This document shows positions 21,016 through 33,700 of a stretch of 64,000 bases of DNA, in pieces (the stretch's first letter is position 1; each line of letters begins with the position of its first letter). The notes beneath the pieces were generated by a model. The model was given only the letters and a program-made list of their open reading frames with translations. It did no database searches and was not told the origin of the DNA. The stretch is from the NCBI GenBank assembly GCA_963924565.1, contig OZ004609.1:29078001-29142000 (forward strand), in the 5' to 3' direction. The DNA comes from Ascidiella aspersa (Eukaryota). Both the position numbers and the translations under genes were made by a program.

Positions 21016-23527
21016 TTGCTTTTGAAGCAGCTAATAATATCCTCATCGATTGTTTTTTACAGCATATTCTAATGTGTCTGTGCAATTTAAGGTTCTGGTG
21101 TAGGCCTATTGCCATTGTAAACTGTTTTGCCGTGTTCCGAAATCTAAGCCGATTTCGAAAAAATTTAATATTTGCCGTGCCTTTCTGCCCTAAGTATTGT
21201 ACGTTTTTTCTTTCGTCTTTCATAAAACAATTTCATCATTGCAATTTGATGTTTATCGCCCCGCCTTTATATGCATTTGTATCGACGTTTGAAGCAAATT
21301 TCAAAACAGTAGGCTGAACATAGACAGCGCAAAACTGACCATCAATGTTAATATTTTACAGCAAACTTAATGTTTTAGTCTATTTTTCATGACTCATTAG
21401 CAGTATTGTAAGCAAAACAAGTTAAATATCCATTTGAAGCAACCGTATTCCATTTACCTACCTCAGCGCTTTTATTATGCAGAACAGTTTTATTTATGTC
21501 CTAATTAAAGAAGACCAATTCAATATTCTTGGCAATTTGTATAATGCTATAGCACTAATGTAACTCTATCCTACCACTATTGTTTATGTGTTATTGCGTG
21601 TTTTACTCGCCCTTTGGCCCTTTTGGCAAATATAAAATATAGCAACTAAATCTGGTAGAACGCAACTGCTTTAAAGTCATGTTAGCCTAATTTTCTTACG
21701 GCAAAAACCATTAATTCTTATATAACCCACCTTGCCTTATAACAAAATCCTACCCCTTTGCATTTCTGGCCAAGGAAAACTGTAATTCTACTGTTAGCAC
21801 CTTGCGGTTTTGTAGCATCATTCTCGTTTTTTTAGCAATTTCTTTATATCGTGTGACAAAATACGAAGGATTATCTTTATTTTACTGTTTTTGTGCTTCG
21901 TAAGGAATTTCAATTTGCTTGTTTTTGCACATTTGGACCTTCTTCTAGCAGAGTCACCACTTCCTGGTTTTTGATCATTTTTCTGAATTTGCATACTTTT
22001 AGCATAAACCTTACGTACAAAATTGTTTGTGACCGAGAGAGTCTTACAATTATAATATCGATTATTCCGCCAGTGTCTTATCTCTATTATCCAACGCTCA
22101 ACTGACCATTAGCCCATGGGCAAAAATATATTAAATATGGAAACATGGGATTCGTTCGGCTGCAGTATAGTACTATTTTTGGAGTACTGCACTAGAACAG
22201 TTGTTTTTGCCTACTATTGTAGTTTGAATTACAAACCACAGGATAGAAGGCCTAGCCTAATAAACTTTCGACTTTACATTTTGCTGTATACACAGATCTT
22301 CATCTAACGTTGGAAAATATAAATTTTTATTGAAATCTTTACGTCTATAAATCTTTCATTGCTTTGAGCTTCGGCTCACTGGTGGTGGCTTGCCTCGTTG
22401 TACACCACGGAATAACGGTCGAAGCAGTGGAGAGTGGTCATTTTCGTGTGAGCAACTTTATTTCCAAGCAACGGCGCGACGAAAAACGGTAATAGAAATA
22501 TAGTAAGGGGCCAAATAAAAGCGCCTCGGCCAACCAAAGCGTGAAACGAAAGGTAGCAGCCAAATAGGCGGACCGCCAAATCGCTTGTTATTATTACTAT
22601 ATTAATACTAGATGACTTCTACTGAACAACCCTTGCGCCACGCAAAAAAAATTAAACCCTACTGAATTTCATTCGAGCTGCAGTTCATAGCATTCCATTC
22701 GCCAGCTGCTTAAGGTGAATTTAACACAACGCCAAAACGCAAGCAACGCCAACCCTTTGCAAACAAACCACACAAAAAAACACCTTTCGTCCGGTGTCTG
22801 CAGCTCGAGGGCGCCAGGCAGTGGACAGGTAAATGGAAGCGTAACGTCCTTCGCAGCCCTTCGCCCAAAACATCTTCCCGAAGAGTTCCGGTGCGCGCGC
22901 GAAAACGAGGATGCAAAAAATCGCCAACAGTCACTGAGGCGAACAAAAGACAAAGAGAGCGAACAACGCAAACATGGGCAATCATCGAAACAATAAAAAA
23001 AAAAAACGATCGAAAATACTTCTTCGTGCAAGGATAAAAAAGGAAACTCGTCGTCGGTGAGACTGATGACGTATGCGGCGCAAAATGATGACGTCATATT
23101 ATTTTGATTGAATATCTTTTGCCTGCACGGCCCAAATTGCAACAATACACTTGCAATTTTTCTTGTTTTTGTTCGTATGTGCTTTTAGCTGTGCTTGTTT
23201 CATTGCCTTCAGTGAATTCGGTGCAAACACATATTTTTTAAAGTTTGTTTATATTTGTCGGCGGGTAGGTCGAGGTGTTTAAAGTTCATCGCAAAGAAAA
23301 ATCGGGCATTTTTCACAGGACAAAACCGCAGGCCTGTAACTATTATATAACATGCTTTATCCGGAAGTAAAGCTTATTTTATAAACAACTGCACAAATAA
23401 AGATGTGTCGATAAAATAAAGCGTTATGGCGGATAGTAAATGAGTGCCGACTCATTCGAGTCTCGAATAGTGTTCTACGGTTAGTTCAAGGCATACCTTT
23501 GCGAGTGAAATACAAAAGCCTGGCTTC

Positions 23528-23623
23528 AGGAAATCGCTTTTTCGCAAACGTACACTCCTGTAGGTAAACACAATCCTTGTTATTTAAACGTGCGCAGTGG
23601 ATTGTTTTAGAACATTGTCGTTC
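23528..23623 (+). repeat. Direct repeat of window positions 1-96
   Basis: AGGAAATCGCT(G/T)TTTCGCAAACGTACACTCCTGTAGGTAAACACAATCC... is near-identical at both sites. Confidence 0.92.
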
Positions 23624-24799
23624 TTTACACAGCATCCACATTTAATACTGCAAACGCCACGTCGATTTCGGCAGCCCTTAGAGTTGAGTTAGGTTGAACT
23701 GAGTGAAAACACGTACAGGCCGGAGAGAGGGAAAAGTTGGGCTCCGCTATCGGCAGTAGAGAAATTAAGGTCCAGAAATACATTTCTCGAAGAGAATTTC
23801 ATTTACGCAAAAAAAGCCTTTTCTTGAACGCGGAACAGTTTCCACCGGCCTGATTTTTTTTACTAAAAATAGTTTTAGTAGGTCCTCTTTTTTTTCCTTT
23901 TAAGTAAGCTGTGCCTTGTCACGCTTTAGGGTAGCACAAGGGCAACAGAAGTACATTTCGAACCTAGGCGTCGTTCGTGGCTTGACCAGTTGACGTGAAA
24001 AAATTTTACAGCGCAACATATCACAGATGATAGGGCCGTGCAAAAATATCGGGGCGAAGTCAGTTCGCGGTTGAGAAAAGATTACGTTATATTTTTTTTC
24101 GTACAGATATAGCGCCAAACAGCGGGTTATAAACTTATTGACAGCCCCTACCCCACCCTGTAAAGGTTTACTGTCCAGAAAAGCCGTACTAACTACGGAA
24201 CTGCAATGGCAGAAATTACATTTTTTGTAAGGAAATACGATAACAGGGACTAAAAAATTTTAAACCAATAATATGCAAACTTTTCCACCTAACGGACATT
24301 TTTTGCCCTTTAAACAAATTAAGGGCCACAATATGTTTAACAAGGTAAATTAAAAATTACCAAAAAATTGTTACTGTAAGGTTCAAGTTAACAAAACGGA
24401 TGATTTCAAGTTAATAATTAAGAAAACGAGTTTTAAAGATGTTGAGCGAAAATCCAAAACTTTCTGACGGGCCCCTCTTTGAGAACCACATGCCAAAACT
24501 CAGTGGGTAATACGTCCAACTGAGCGAATCGCGCTTTCAACCCAAACAAATCGATCGCCAGCCAGTTCCTTAACCCCGACTTCGCGAACCAACGCCGCCC
24601 GAAATTTACGCCGCAAACCAAACAAAAGCCATGAGTATAGCGACCAAAACAAACTACGATCGTTAGGCGCGCGCGGCAGAAGACTGCAGACAGAAGAAGA
24701 AAAAACAGCGCGTTGTTGTCGTCAAACGCCCAAAATAGCAGCAGCAACAACAACGTAAACGTCAACTTGGGCGAGCGTCCTTGAGTAAACAGGGAGCTG

Positions 24800-27700
24800 C
24801 TACTGAACGCAGCAGCCCGTGTTGTTGTCCCTCGCTTTCAAGCAGTAGCGAGGCCGGTACTTCTCGAGGTATTGCAGTTGCTTGCTGTTGATCGCACCCC
24901 GTCGCTTCCTGGGAGGAAATTGGTCGGGTTAGGGATCGGAGCCTGCGGCCTGCATGACTATTTGCAATTCAGGGGTTGTTAAAATTTTCGGCCGCGTCAC
25001 CCTATAGACACATTTTATCGAAACTCGTTTTTATCTAAAACAGATTTTTTAGTGATTGGAATAAAATTATGTGTGTTATTACCGACGAAAATGTACTTTA
25101 AAAGAGAAATTTGTGTGACAAACCTTAAACAAAGTTGTTTTTTAAGCGCCCCCCTTGCAACCCCGTTCACCCAGTTTAAGAACCCATGATTTATCGGGTC
25201 CGCGTCATATTACATGCTTAATTCTTCCTCTAAGTTGGCATCGGTATAATTGGCGATTACATTCAATGTTACCTATTTAACAAAATAATGACGCCAACTC
25301 TGTTAAAATGACAACACTTGCTATGACGTGGCAGATTTATGCGGCCCACCTGTTGAACATCGTAACCCAGTACTAAACTTGGTATGGTAGTCGCATCTCC
25401 AGTAATGACAACTCAGACACGATAAAACTTCAACGAAAGGCCATTAATGTTGAGCAGCTATAAATAAACATCGATCGACCGATTTAGGACATGCGATACT
25501 AACAATAGCTTTCCGCGAAATTTAGTGCCTTTTAACACTGATGAACAACACACGATGAATCAAAGCTGCGGGAAAGAATCGCATTCTTTCCAATTAGGAA
25601 ATGTTTCTGTTTTTTTACAAGTTTTTCCTTTATAATACTTTTTAAAAAAAAGTTCAATGATTTATGGGAAAAACAGACTAATGACATCATACGTTTCAGG
25701 AAGACCTTATTTCAGCTAACAAGTGTTGTGTTTTCTTCACAAATGCTTCCTATGCTTGGAGCCAACCACACCGAAATAAAAAACAAGACAAAAAAAATGA
25801 AAACTTACTCTCGAATCAGTTCGACGGCGTCTTCATACTTCATGCCGCTTTCCATGAGCGCTAGGGCAACGAGGACGGGCGCCCTGTGGAAGAAAAATAA
25901 AACATACAATCTTGCAATTGGCAAAATACGTGTGTAAATTAAATTAAGGGGCCCGGACCCAGGAAGAGAAAAAAGCATAAAAACAACGATTCAATCGTCA
26001 ATACTTGCTGCGAACGTTTATTTGAAAAGCGCCGGACTCAATTGGGCATTCAGGTGTCCCTTAACCTAAAGTTAGACACACAGAATGCACTACCTAGGTT
26101 GTTTACTATAGTCTTTTGTGGTGTTTAGTTGTCACAACCTTCTAAATGGTAATAGAATGCCGAATGACCAACTCCGCAATCCTTGCTATGGGTGGTTATG
26201 GAAAGCCTGTCGGTTTAAAAATAGGCCATGTAAGGCTGGTTTGGCAGTTTCCCTAAAATCTGAATTGAGTCATGCGTAAAGAGCAACTAAATATAGTAAG
26301 TTGGCACAAAAAGGGAGTTAAAACAGGGTTGTGACTGTTTGAAATGGTCAACTATAAGGATTTTAAAAACTAGGCAATAGCAGAACACAGTAAGAGAAAC
26401 ACACACTATTTTTAAACAGTTTACGCCGAAAAGTTGATCGCGGTAATCGGGCGAACGCGTTCGTGTAATTTCTGGGAGCACTTTGTGATGACGCTAAACA
26501 TAGGTCAAAGTCGAATTTATATTTCCCACACATGAAAGAGCGTATCTTTATGGAATCTAAAACCATTGGCAGCTGGTTTCTCCTTGTCGTTCACTGTTCC
26601 GCTGACGCGTATATAAACAAATAAATAGTTTAAAAACCTGAGTAAACACAGGATCAGACATTTTAATGCCAGTGTAGGCGAAATATATATCCGGGCTTAC
26701 TGAAGTTTTTACACTGAGTTTTGTATGTTATATTTCACACAGTTATGGCGCACTTTACAGTTGGGTTTTTCATAACGAAGCCAAACATTGACAACTCTAT
26801 AACGAACCTTAAACCAAAAAGCGGAACAGGAAAAAACGCTATTTTTTCAATCCAATCACGAGCAACTAATAGAGTTGTGACAGTAAGCGAAGAGAAAGTT
26901 GTGACGATTGCTAAGCCCAACTTTGAAGATAACGCGTGTATGAACAAAACGAAAGCTGTGCTTTAAGTCCGTCTACTTTTTATTACCATTTAAACGCAGT
27001 ATTCGGGAACAGTGCAAAAATTACAGCCTGTATTATTACCACCTGCCAAGACTCACGTCACAAAAGCAAACACGAGTGGGAACCACTCATTGGCTGGCGA
27101 ACTATTTTGCAAACGGATTAAACAGATAATGCCTAAATTAGTTGCTCGGTGACGATGCGCATGAGTCATAGAAGGAAGCCTCGGATCAACACAGAACGAG
27201 GCAAGGTCGTCCTGTGTTGGCCTGAAGTGACCCGATTTTCCAACGCGATGACACATGTAAGGCAGAAATAGCTGAAGACACGTAATAGCAGTTTGTCGTA
27301 CGACATATGAGCCTGTTGTTGTTGAACACTGAACAGCCTAGTCGTATTGTCCCATGCTGGTGCAATGACATGAAATAAAAACGATAAAACCGAAATGACC
27401 TCGGCAGTGACATGGGACTGTGTGCCATGGCATTTCAGTCACGGAAAGCGGCTAAGCTCAAGATTAGGGCGGCGCAAATCAATGGCGCGCAATAATTATT
27501 CGCCACGGAATACATAACTGTGTAGTGTGCACCCATACAGCGAATATAGGTTCAATGCGTAAAGGCATTAGTTTTGACGATTACGAGCCCAGAAAAGTGG
27601 GCAATCGAGCATTGATCCGAACAGCACCGATCGATTATTGCCGCGCGACACTCGTTTTTCTGTTTAATTTTAGTGTCGCCTTAGTGTGGCTGTGCTTGGT

Positions 27701-30700
27701 GTGCTATGATCGAACAATTATATTATTTCAATAGGAAAATGACGGCGAGCAATAGGTGGACGAAAAACGTGGCCGCAAAATCGAGCAAGACACTCTGTGT
27801 AATATACAGTGGCGCGCGAAGTGGCCACATTTTTAGCAATTCAAGGCGGGGGGGAATATGGCGAATTTTGTTAAAATGTTTAAAATAAAGAGATTTTGTT
27901 GGAGTGTGGCAAGCAAACGGACCAAGAGAACTTGCCAGGTGGTTATTTCGCACAGCATTGCGTACGTGATGGCAAGTGCGTCTTGATATGCGGGAGTAAC
28001 GACGACAGTTCTGCGAACTTTAGAAAGCGATTTTTTACGACTTGGCGTTCGACAGGATATTGTAACCGCGCGACAAGGTCAGATCTTTTATAATGCGTCA
28101 ACGAACTTGTCGTCCGAGCGGTACGTAAGTTTTTATGGCGCAATTCGCGTTGTTTTGTGCAAAGAACACTTGGGTTTGCGCTTCGATTTGTAACGTTGCC
28201 ACATACCGTACGTGAAATAACACTATATTGGTACGCAAACTTTGGAAGAGGCCACATTAACGCCATAAGTGAAAGTTATACCAGTAACAACACATCGACT
28301 GTCACCCGGTTTTGTTTCGATTTTTTTGAGGTAAACTGCAACGGTCATAATATGTATTATATTGCCTAAAAGTGATGCTTAACCTTTCCCAGCCACCTAT
28401 TAATTTTCTATCACTTGCGTAACTTAAAAATACTCAGTTCGTAGAAAACAAAATTCCGACACCCTAGCGGGCGATCTCAACCTGCTTCCGTGCCGTTTCC
28501 TTTACGTAAAAAGTACATACCAGTGTTCGCGTAATTTTTATCGAAAAAAATAAATAAAACAGGGACCTACCTTCCGAGCCCGGCGACGCAATGCACAGCG
28601 ATGCAGCTCTCCGGGTTCTGCTTGTGATGCGCCTTGAGCAGCTTCAGCCAGTCGTCAACCACGTCTTTGGGCGGCGCCGCTCCGTCATCGAACGCCCAGT
28701 CCTGCGCGATGACGTCACACATTTTAAAGTGACGTATGAGGGACGATGACTCATAACTATGCGTCCCGTACACGACGGGCTTCAACTATAGTCTTAAGAT
28801 GTCCTAGATTAGTTGCTCAGAAAATCTATGACCGAGGACGCAGGACATTTCGATTATTTCGATCTGGTTAAACATTCCAAAAAGTGTAGTAGTGTTAAGA
28901 CTGGTAAACCAGGTTGAAATGCACGACTGTTCTGCGGGACTCAAAATAGGGGCGGGACATTTGAGCACAGCAACTGACAACGCAAGCGCAGCATATGACT
29001 AACCCTTAACGGGAGAATGTCACAGAGAACATATAACGCTTGCCATACCATTACTGTGTTAAACTCCGATGCGAAAAAAATAATTTGTGCAAAGGGCCGA
29101 CCGATCCGTAACCAACATGCGTCAGTACAAAGGTCAACTAATAGGTCTCAAGATTAAAATTACAAAGGTGGTGTCGGTAAAAACCATGCCTGAAAACCTA
29201 GATCAATTTAGTAGTGGGCCGGTTACGAGACAGTTACCGATATTACTACTAGCTATCGGGTATCGACTCACCGGACATCTCTAAATGGTGGCAATCCTAA
29301 CATTTATATCGGTTTGAGAAAAAGGAAATTGGTTTATTGAGCGATAACTTCCAGGCAGCCATGAATTCTGGACTCGGCCCAAGACGTGACTTGAAAGCTG
29401 TCATATCCCCGCTCGTAAAACCGATTTCCTGATATTCGACGTTTGGACGAAATCAGCACCGAACCTCAACAGTTGAGCGAATTGAAAAAAGGCCAACCGC
29501 GCTTAAGTTTAACGGCACACGCGGAACATGCGTAAATACGGGATAATCGCGAGAAAGCCGCGCCTGCAAAAGACGACTTGACGTGAACGTGACGAACGTG
29601 GCCGAAGCAAGTGACAGGCGAGGAAGGATTAACGGGCGTTTTATTGCGACCTAAAGCTGCCAAAAACAGGGGGTCGTTGTGCAATAAAGAAAGCCCGTCT
29701 CAAAACAACGGTGGCGAGTTACCCAGAAAGTGCTTCCTTAACTACCTACGGGTAATTATCTACAAAGGCACTTTTTAGGGGGAGCTGGGGAAACTTTTTT
29801 TTTTATTCTGCACTTTTTAGGGGGTGGGGTAACTTTCTACAATGTTGTTATATGCTATTTTAACGCTAAAAAACATAAAACATTCCGGTAATTTGGCATA
29901 CAATTGCAGACAAGATAGTTAAAAAATGTAATTAAAAATTATGCTTTAGTTTAACAACACTAAAAAGCCAGGAACCACCACAGGTAATTATAACGTTGTT
30001 TATGTTTTACAATATCGGGTTATACCTTTATAATTTTAGAAAGGGGTAATTAAAATCCCGAAGTTCTTCTCAGGGTTAAGGAGAGTAAAAAGGTCGAGAA
30101 CCACGGAGGTAAACAATCGATACGTTTCGCGACTGATCAACGTTAACGACAATCTTGGCTGTTTAATGGCGGCTAATCAGCTCGACTACAAGAGTAGTGG
30201 TGGCGAGCCATTAGCGGGAGGCCGCAAATCAAGCGAAAACGCGTCAAGGGTGCAATTAAAGGCCATTTTAGTCCACTATGGACCGGAGCGGTAGCGAACT
30301 TTTTGCCGTCTACAAAGTTAAACCCAGTTACCTCCAGTTACCTCAGTAAGAAACAAATGCAGCAGTAGCAAAAGTGTATCCCATCTCCCATGCAAACCTT
30401 TTCGCAAAAAAGGTCATGATTAACCGTCTACATCGAACGATTTTCATCTGAGGACCGAATATGCCTTTCTTCAGATCAGGCAAAGGATACGCAGATCTTA
30501 ACGATTATTGGTGAATTTCTAATTCTACATTTGACAAGTAATTATGTTTACAATGACGGATCGAATGTTCGGGTGTACTGCTCAGCTGCATATTTTATGA
30601 AAACACGTTTCGGTGCTTTTTGTGTCAAAATAATGTGGACCCTTGTATTACAAATTAAAAGATTGTTCACAAAACACGCCACTTAAACACCTTGCCGCCT

Positions 30701-33700
30701 CGGCTATTCATAGTAGGTGCTAGAAATTAATGCCAGATGTGGCAAAATTCATGTACACCTTTGCAAAAATGAGAAATGAGAATCAATGCAGTTGGCAATT
30801 TAATAGCAACAAAATGTCCTACGTTTAAAGTTACGTTCGCAATAGTGAGATTACGGTCATTTTCTAACAGAAATGAAACGTCAGATGCGGATTTTAGTTA
30901 AACCAAAGTAGCTCGAATTATTAGGGTAATTTATTTTCTAAAGTTCGAGATTAAAGGCTAATATAAAATTGGCAATTCAATAGCATCAGAATGTCACCTA
31001 CGTCGAAATTTACTTTCGCAAAGATGAGATTACGTTGATTTCTTGACAGAAACGAAACGTCAGATGCGGATTTTAGTTAAACCAAAGTTGCTCGCATTAT
31101 TGGGGTAATGTATTTCTGAAGTAGGAGATTAAAGGCTAATATACAATTGGCAACTTAATAGCATCAAAATGTCACCTAATTTAAAAGTTACGTTCGCAAA
31201 GATTACGTCGATTTCTTAATAAAAACCGAAATGAAAACGTTAGATGCGGATTTTAGTTAAACCAAAGTTGCTCGCATTATTAGGGTAATATATTTTCTGA
31301 AGTTCGAGATTAAGGCTACGTGCGCTACGACTCTTTGGACAGATCCAAAAGTAGCGTCTCGATCGGCCGCAAAATGCTATTTTCGTCAGCAAAGCAACAA
31401 CAGAGTGGCAGAGAAGCAGCGGAGACAACAGAGCTCGCAAAACAGCGGATCGGCCCGCGAGATAAGAAAGAAAAGGGGCCGTTGAGAACCATCGGAACGA
31501 AATGGATTCGTGCAGAAGCATCACCATCAACATCAGGCTCTACACCACACCACGTTACGGCATCGTCGGTAAACAAGCTAATCGTCCCTAATGCACCGAG
31601 CGCCCGGGTCGCTATCAGACAAGTCGAAACGAGCCCGAGACACCCCCGAGGGACCGTCGGCGTCGTTTGTGACGTCACTCAAAGGGAGAGAACGTGACGC
31701 GGCGTCCGTCGCGTTTGCAGCGGCATTGCGATTCGGCTTTTTTATTTATAGCCGTGTTTTATTTAGTTTTCACGCCGTCGGTGAATTTAAGCGTTTTTTT
31801 GTGTCGCGCTGGTGGAGGGTGAAGGAAAAGTAAAATTGTCGGTCTAAAAGGATTCGACTACCAAACGAGGAAAGAGTGACTTTAAATATTGATAGGTGAG
31901 ATTGTAAGGTTGAAAATAACAAAAAAAACACTGGAGCGATCTTATCACTTTTTTGCGTTAGCTTTAAATCCGGACCTGCCTCGTCTTTTTCGGTTTAGGT
32001 CTTATCGCTCCAAGTGACTGGTTGACGAAAAACAGCGGTTTTGCACTAATCGTTTTAAACGACAAGTCTATCGTGTTAAATTCAAAGCGCTGGGTTTTGA
32101 CAAACAGGTCATCATACGAATGCCAACAGCATATTGCATCTTACTAGCACAAACATTATAAGGAAGTTCCATTTAACTAGAAGTTTTGTTTCGATAAGGT
32201 TTACTGATTGACAGCCCCATCGTGATCTGAGTGTAAAACAATAGCAAAAGACGAGAAGGGGCGAAACTGTAGCACACGACGTCGGGGTCACCAGCAACAC
32301 AGGGTCGCTAGTTTGGGATAACAACACCCGGAAACTCCCGATTGTTAAAAGTAACCCAATTACTATAGACTGCAAGTCCGCCATTTAAAGCGAAGTTTGA
32401 GCAATTTAAAACGCCATTTCAGAAGCTATCGTTGGTTGGCGTTTTTTAAAGGAAAATGCACCGCCAAAAACCGCATCCATAACTTAAGACATCTTAAAAT
32501 TATAGTAAATATAATTCTTGCGATCTACTTTACATCTATAATTCATCCAGTTATATGCGAGAAAGGCCATATTTTATAGTGAAATCACAGTGCTAGCGGT
32601 AATACTCAACAAACTCACTGGCGGGGCTGTAAAGGTATGCTAAACAAGGGCCACATCGTCGGTAGATGATCTAGGCCTGAACGAAAGAGCGCTATTAAAA
32701 CCGACCTACTGGGCGCTACCAATAACGCGCTGTGTTGACGCTAATTATTTCCCGGGCAGCGTTGGCGGAAGAATATGTTTACCCTCACTAGCGGACGAGC
32801 CGCCGCCGGCTGTGCATCGATTCGGGTCTGTCACGACGAGCCTCGAAATTTTGCGATGCGCGAGCGGCGAGTTATTGTCTGGTGGGCGATTTCGTAGAAG
32901 CAGCGGCGGAGATGAGCAAAAGCGTCGCAATTTGGCGGGTGTATCGATTGCTGCCCACAGGGTAAGGGGTTTTTCGTTAAACAGGGCACTTTTTGAGGCG
33001 CAAAACAATTTTTTCGTAACTGTCAGTAAACATTTGGTTAGTTGGGCTGGGTTGCCCGCTGATGGCGTTTGAGTGGTATTACCTTTTAGTTTATGGAAAG
33101 TTTTAAGTGAACTCCCTCCTGTTTGTACAAGTGGTTAGAGGCATCGAAACGCGACCCCTATCATTTTCCATTTATATACACACACGAGATCAATAGTTTA
33201 TGGTAACTTACTTTAAACTTATTGTTGTCACTTTGAGTTTGAGGACTTTACTGATAGCATTAGGTTTAAAAGTTTGTAAATTGGTTGAACGAAATAATAT
33301 TGTATTTGAAGAGTCGTGAATTAATTATAAGTCTTATTGAAAGAAGAGCTCTATTGTTTATCTTACTCTATTTAACCTAAATTTTGCCATTTTCACTTTT
33401 ATTATAGAAACGCGTTTCTGCATGATTGATCCTCAGTCAACCTTCATCGCCATTTGGTGAAACCGTAACAGAGTCGAAATACACGCGATTTGTTTAGTAA
33501 ATAGCTTTGTTTTTCAAACACTCTTAACAACTGAAAACAGCTAATTTGCATATAAGGGAGCCTCAGCAGACAACAAAATCTAAGTAGTGGGCATCATGTT
33601 AAATTTAACCTACACAACGAGTTATTACTTAGGACGTTGATGCTTCGCAAACTGAATAGGACGGAATATCGTTCGTGGAAAAACTACATGCCATTTTTTA

